Source of the DNA: Tubiluchus corallicola
Lineage: Eukaryota; Animalia; Priapulida
Length of the DNA stretch: 38,525 nt
Direction of reading: 5' to 3'
Assembly (NCBI GenBank): GCA_030141605.1
Contig: JAQGDQ010001485.1
Location: forward strand, 1 to 38,525
Positions 35,862-38,525 of this stretch are shown here, piece after piece. Positions within the stretch are counted from its first letter, which is position 1. Each line of letters opens with the position of its first letter. A program made the position numbers and the translations under genes. The notes under the pieces are model-generated. The model saw only the letters and a list, made by a program, of their open reading frames with translations. It did no database searches and was not told the origin of the DNA.

Positions 35862-36967
35862 GCTGCACTGAACACTGAGAGTTAGAGAGTCCTGCACTGA
35901 ACACTGAGAGTTAGAGAGTCCTGCACTGAACACTGAGAGTTAGAGAGTCCTGCACTGAACACTGAGAGTGAGAGAGTCCTGCACTGAACACTGAGAGTGA
36001 GAGAGTCCTGCACTGAACACTGAGAGTTAGAGAGTCCTGCACTGAACACTGAGAGTTAGAGAGTCCTGCACTGAACACTGAGAGTGAGAGACTGCTGCAC
36101 TGAACACTGAGAGTTAGAGTGTCCTGCACTGAACACTGAGAGTTAGAGAGTCCTGCACTGAACACTGAGAGTGAGAGTGTCCTGCACTGAACACTGAGAG
36201 TTAGAGTGTCCTGCACTGAACACTGAGAGTTAGAGTGTCCTGCACTGAACACTGAGAATGAGAGTGTCCTGCACTGAACACTGAGAGTTAGAGTGTCCTG
36301 CACTGAACACTGAGAATGAGAGTGTCCTGCACTGAACACTGAGAGTGAGAGTGTCCTGCACTGAACACTGAGAGTTAGAGAGTCCTGCACTGAACACTGA
36401 GAGTTAGAGCGTCTCCTGCACTAAACACTGAGAATGAGAGTGTCCTGCACTGAACACTGAGAATGAGAGTGTCCTGCACTGAACACTGAGAATGAGAGTG
36501 TCCTGCACTGAACACTGAGAGTGAGAGAGTCCTGCACTGAACACTGAGAGTGAGAGAGTCCTGCACTGAACACTGAGAGTGAGAGAGTCCTGCACTGAAC
36601 ACTGAGAGTTAGAGAGTCCTGCACTGAACACTGAGAGTGAGAGCGTCCTGCACTGAACACTGAGAGTGAGAGCGTCCTGCACTGAACACTGAGAGTGAGA
36701 GTCTCCTGCACTGAACACTGAGAATGAGAGAGTCCTGCACTGAACACTGTGAGTTAGAGTGTCCTGCACTGAACACTGTGAGTTAGAGAGTCCTGCACTA
36801 AACACTGAGAGCGAGAGAGTCCTGCACTGAACACTGAGAGCGAGAGTGTCCTGCACTAAACACTGAGAATGAGAGTGTCCTGCACTGAACACTGAGAGTG
36901 AGAGAGTCCTGCACTGAACACTGAGAGTGAGAGAGTCCTGCACTGAACACTGAGAGTGAGAGAGTGA
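35862..36967. repeat. 29-bp minisatellite, ~38 copies, in WDR36 intron 6
   Basis: Unit cctgcactgaacactgagagttagagagt. Confidence 0.98.
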
Positions 36968-37251
36968 CTAGAAAGCAAAAACAGTCAGTATATAGGTATA
37001 GGTGACCTATGCAGACTTGCACAGGCTTCACAACAACCATTACTTTAAAATAGGGAGAGGACCAGTGTGTATGCATTCACTGGACCATACAGTCAGCTGG
37101 TAGAATGTAACAGGATTAGCCCATAGATGGCAGCACCTAATTATAATGTACAATTCCAACTTCCACAATTGCAATATGCTGCTTTTTAGATACATTGATT
37201 AGACCCGCGGTTAATAAATATCAATCGTCTAATCGACTCAAAAACGTCTAG

Positions 37252-37975
37252 TACCCTCCAGGGTGCGCCACTCACTAACCGAAAACGTATTTATAATCTT
37301 ATTGACAAGATACAGTAATTTAAAATTTTACTTAATTAGCGACATGAATGCTCTGATTATTTTTTCAAACTTTACTCAATGTTATCTAAACTTGTTTCAA
37401 ACGACCTACCGTCAAAATGGCTGTGTCTAATGCAGCAGTTGCGGGAATTTAAATTTACAAGTTTTATACAGTGTTACTGCCGACGCAAGTCCAATATGCA
37501 AAAAGTCAGTATGTAAGCTTACATGTTGCTAATTAAAATTTGAAATTACTGTATCTTGTTAATGAGATTAAAAGTAAGAGTTTAGTTAGTGAGTGGCGCA
37601 CCCTGGAGGGTGAGTCAGCGACATTTTACCAATTGACACGAACATTTTAAATTATTAATCGAGTTACATAAGTCTTTCCAGCAGGTAAGTAATATAATTT
37701 TGCCTGGAAAGTTTTTTGGGACATAATTCAACATTGAATTTTTTCTTCCCCTGATTTACGCTTGCATGGTGACGTCATTTAATGGCGCCGTCGGAACACT
37801 CTTCCGACCTCGCACGGGCGGAAATGAAAACAAACAAAAATTCCTTTCAACGTGAGTATGATATACGCATAAAATTGCTTTAAAGTAGTATATTTTTGAT
37901 GGCGATTTTTCTAAAACCCACTTCAGGTACCCCTAAAACCCACTTCAGGTACCCCTAAAACCCACTTCAGGTACT
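37252..37975. mobile_element. Repeat family C foldback copy with a triplicated 22-bp terminus
   Basis: accctccagggtgcgccactcactaa (37253) is inverted at ~37586-37611. taaaacccacttcaggtacccc occurs ~3 times at 37912-37974. Confidence 0.8.
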
Positions 37976-38525
37976 GTTAGTGTCTCTGAGAGGCATTTAT
38001 GACAACTTCAAACGTCTCTGTTGAATTTTCATGTAAAGCACTGATCTTTATTTCTGCAATATTTAAAAATTAAAATAGAAAAGCAAAAGTGACTGACATT
38101 GAATAATTTTATGAAAGTTACATAGTTTAGTTAGATTGACAGTTATTTAGTCCATTCATAAATATCAGTGAATAAATCAAAATAAAAATTAATAGAAGTA
38201 AACTTACATCGTTGCGGCATATATCTAATGCAAAATTTCGCTAGTTTGTACAAGACACATGTTCACTCATACAACAGAACAGCATAAATGAAAAATGTAA
38301 CTAGGTCAATGCCCACACTTTAAACTTTCCAGCTAGATGGAGCCACCTTGGCTACAAAATTAAAATTTATTAAGTCAGGTTCACACTGGCCTTAACAGGT
38401 ACCCCTTTTCTTATGCCTACAATGAACTGGATGAGACTTTGTAGAAGAAGAAGAAGAAGAGAAAGTTTGAAAATTGTTAATTAAATAATAATTAATAATA
38501 ATTAAATAAATAATAATAATAAATA

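Noticed and set aside
35709-37076. Repetitive Ser/Cys-rich minus-strand ORFs
   Set aside because: Products of the 29-bp minisatellite.

Overview
This is AT-rich animal (probably invertebrate) nuclear DNA with spliceosomal GT-AG introns, not prokaryotic sequence. Three host genes can be assembled from it. (1) Glycine decarboxylase / glycine-cleavage P protein (GLDC) lies on the minus strand. Coding exons 1-4 are at 23494-23246, 14413-14335, 4169-4034 and 1199-1035, and the gene continues off the left edge. (2) A glycine-cleavage H protein gene (GCSH, 26192-25638, minus) has a coding-intronless CDS and sits only ~2.1 kb upstream of GLDC on the same strand, giving an H-then-P tandem like bacterial gcvHP. 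(3) WDR36/UTP21 lies on the plus strand, head-to-head with GCSH, with six coding exons from 28691 to 35627, and continues off the right edge. The introns are filled with minisatellites (77, 62, 71, 29, 44, 134 and 113 bp units), microsatellites, LINE 3' fragments and several MITE-like families. Most long ORFs in the supplied track are repeat artefacts. The main points of interest are the GCSH-GLDC pathway cluster and its possible shared regulation, a ~25-copy tandem array built from the GLDC exon-3 splice donor fused to a LINE end, a ~1-1.5 kb inverted duplication in GLDC intron 2, and a nested MITE with a 6-bp target-site duplication. Repeat boundaries were read by eye and are approximate.
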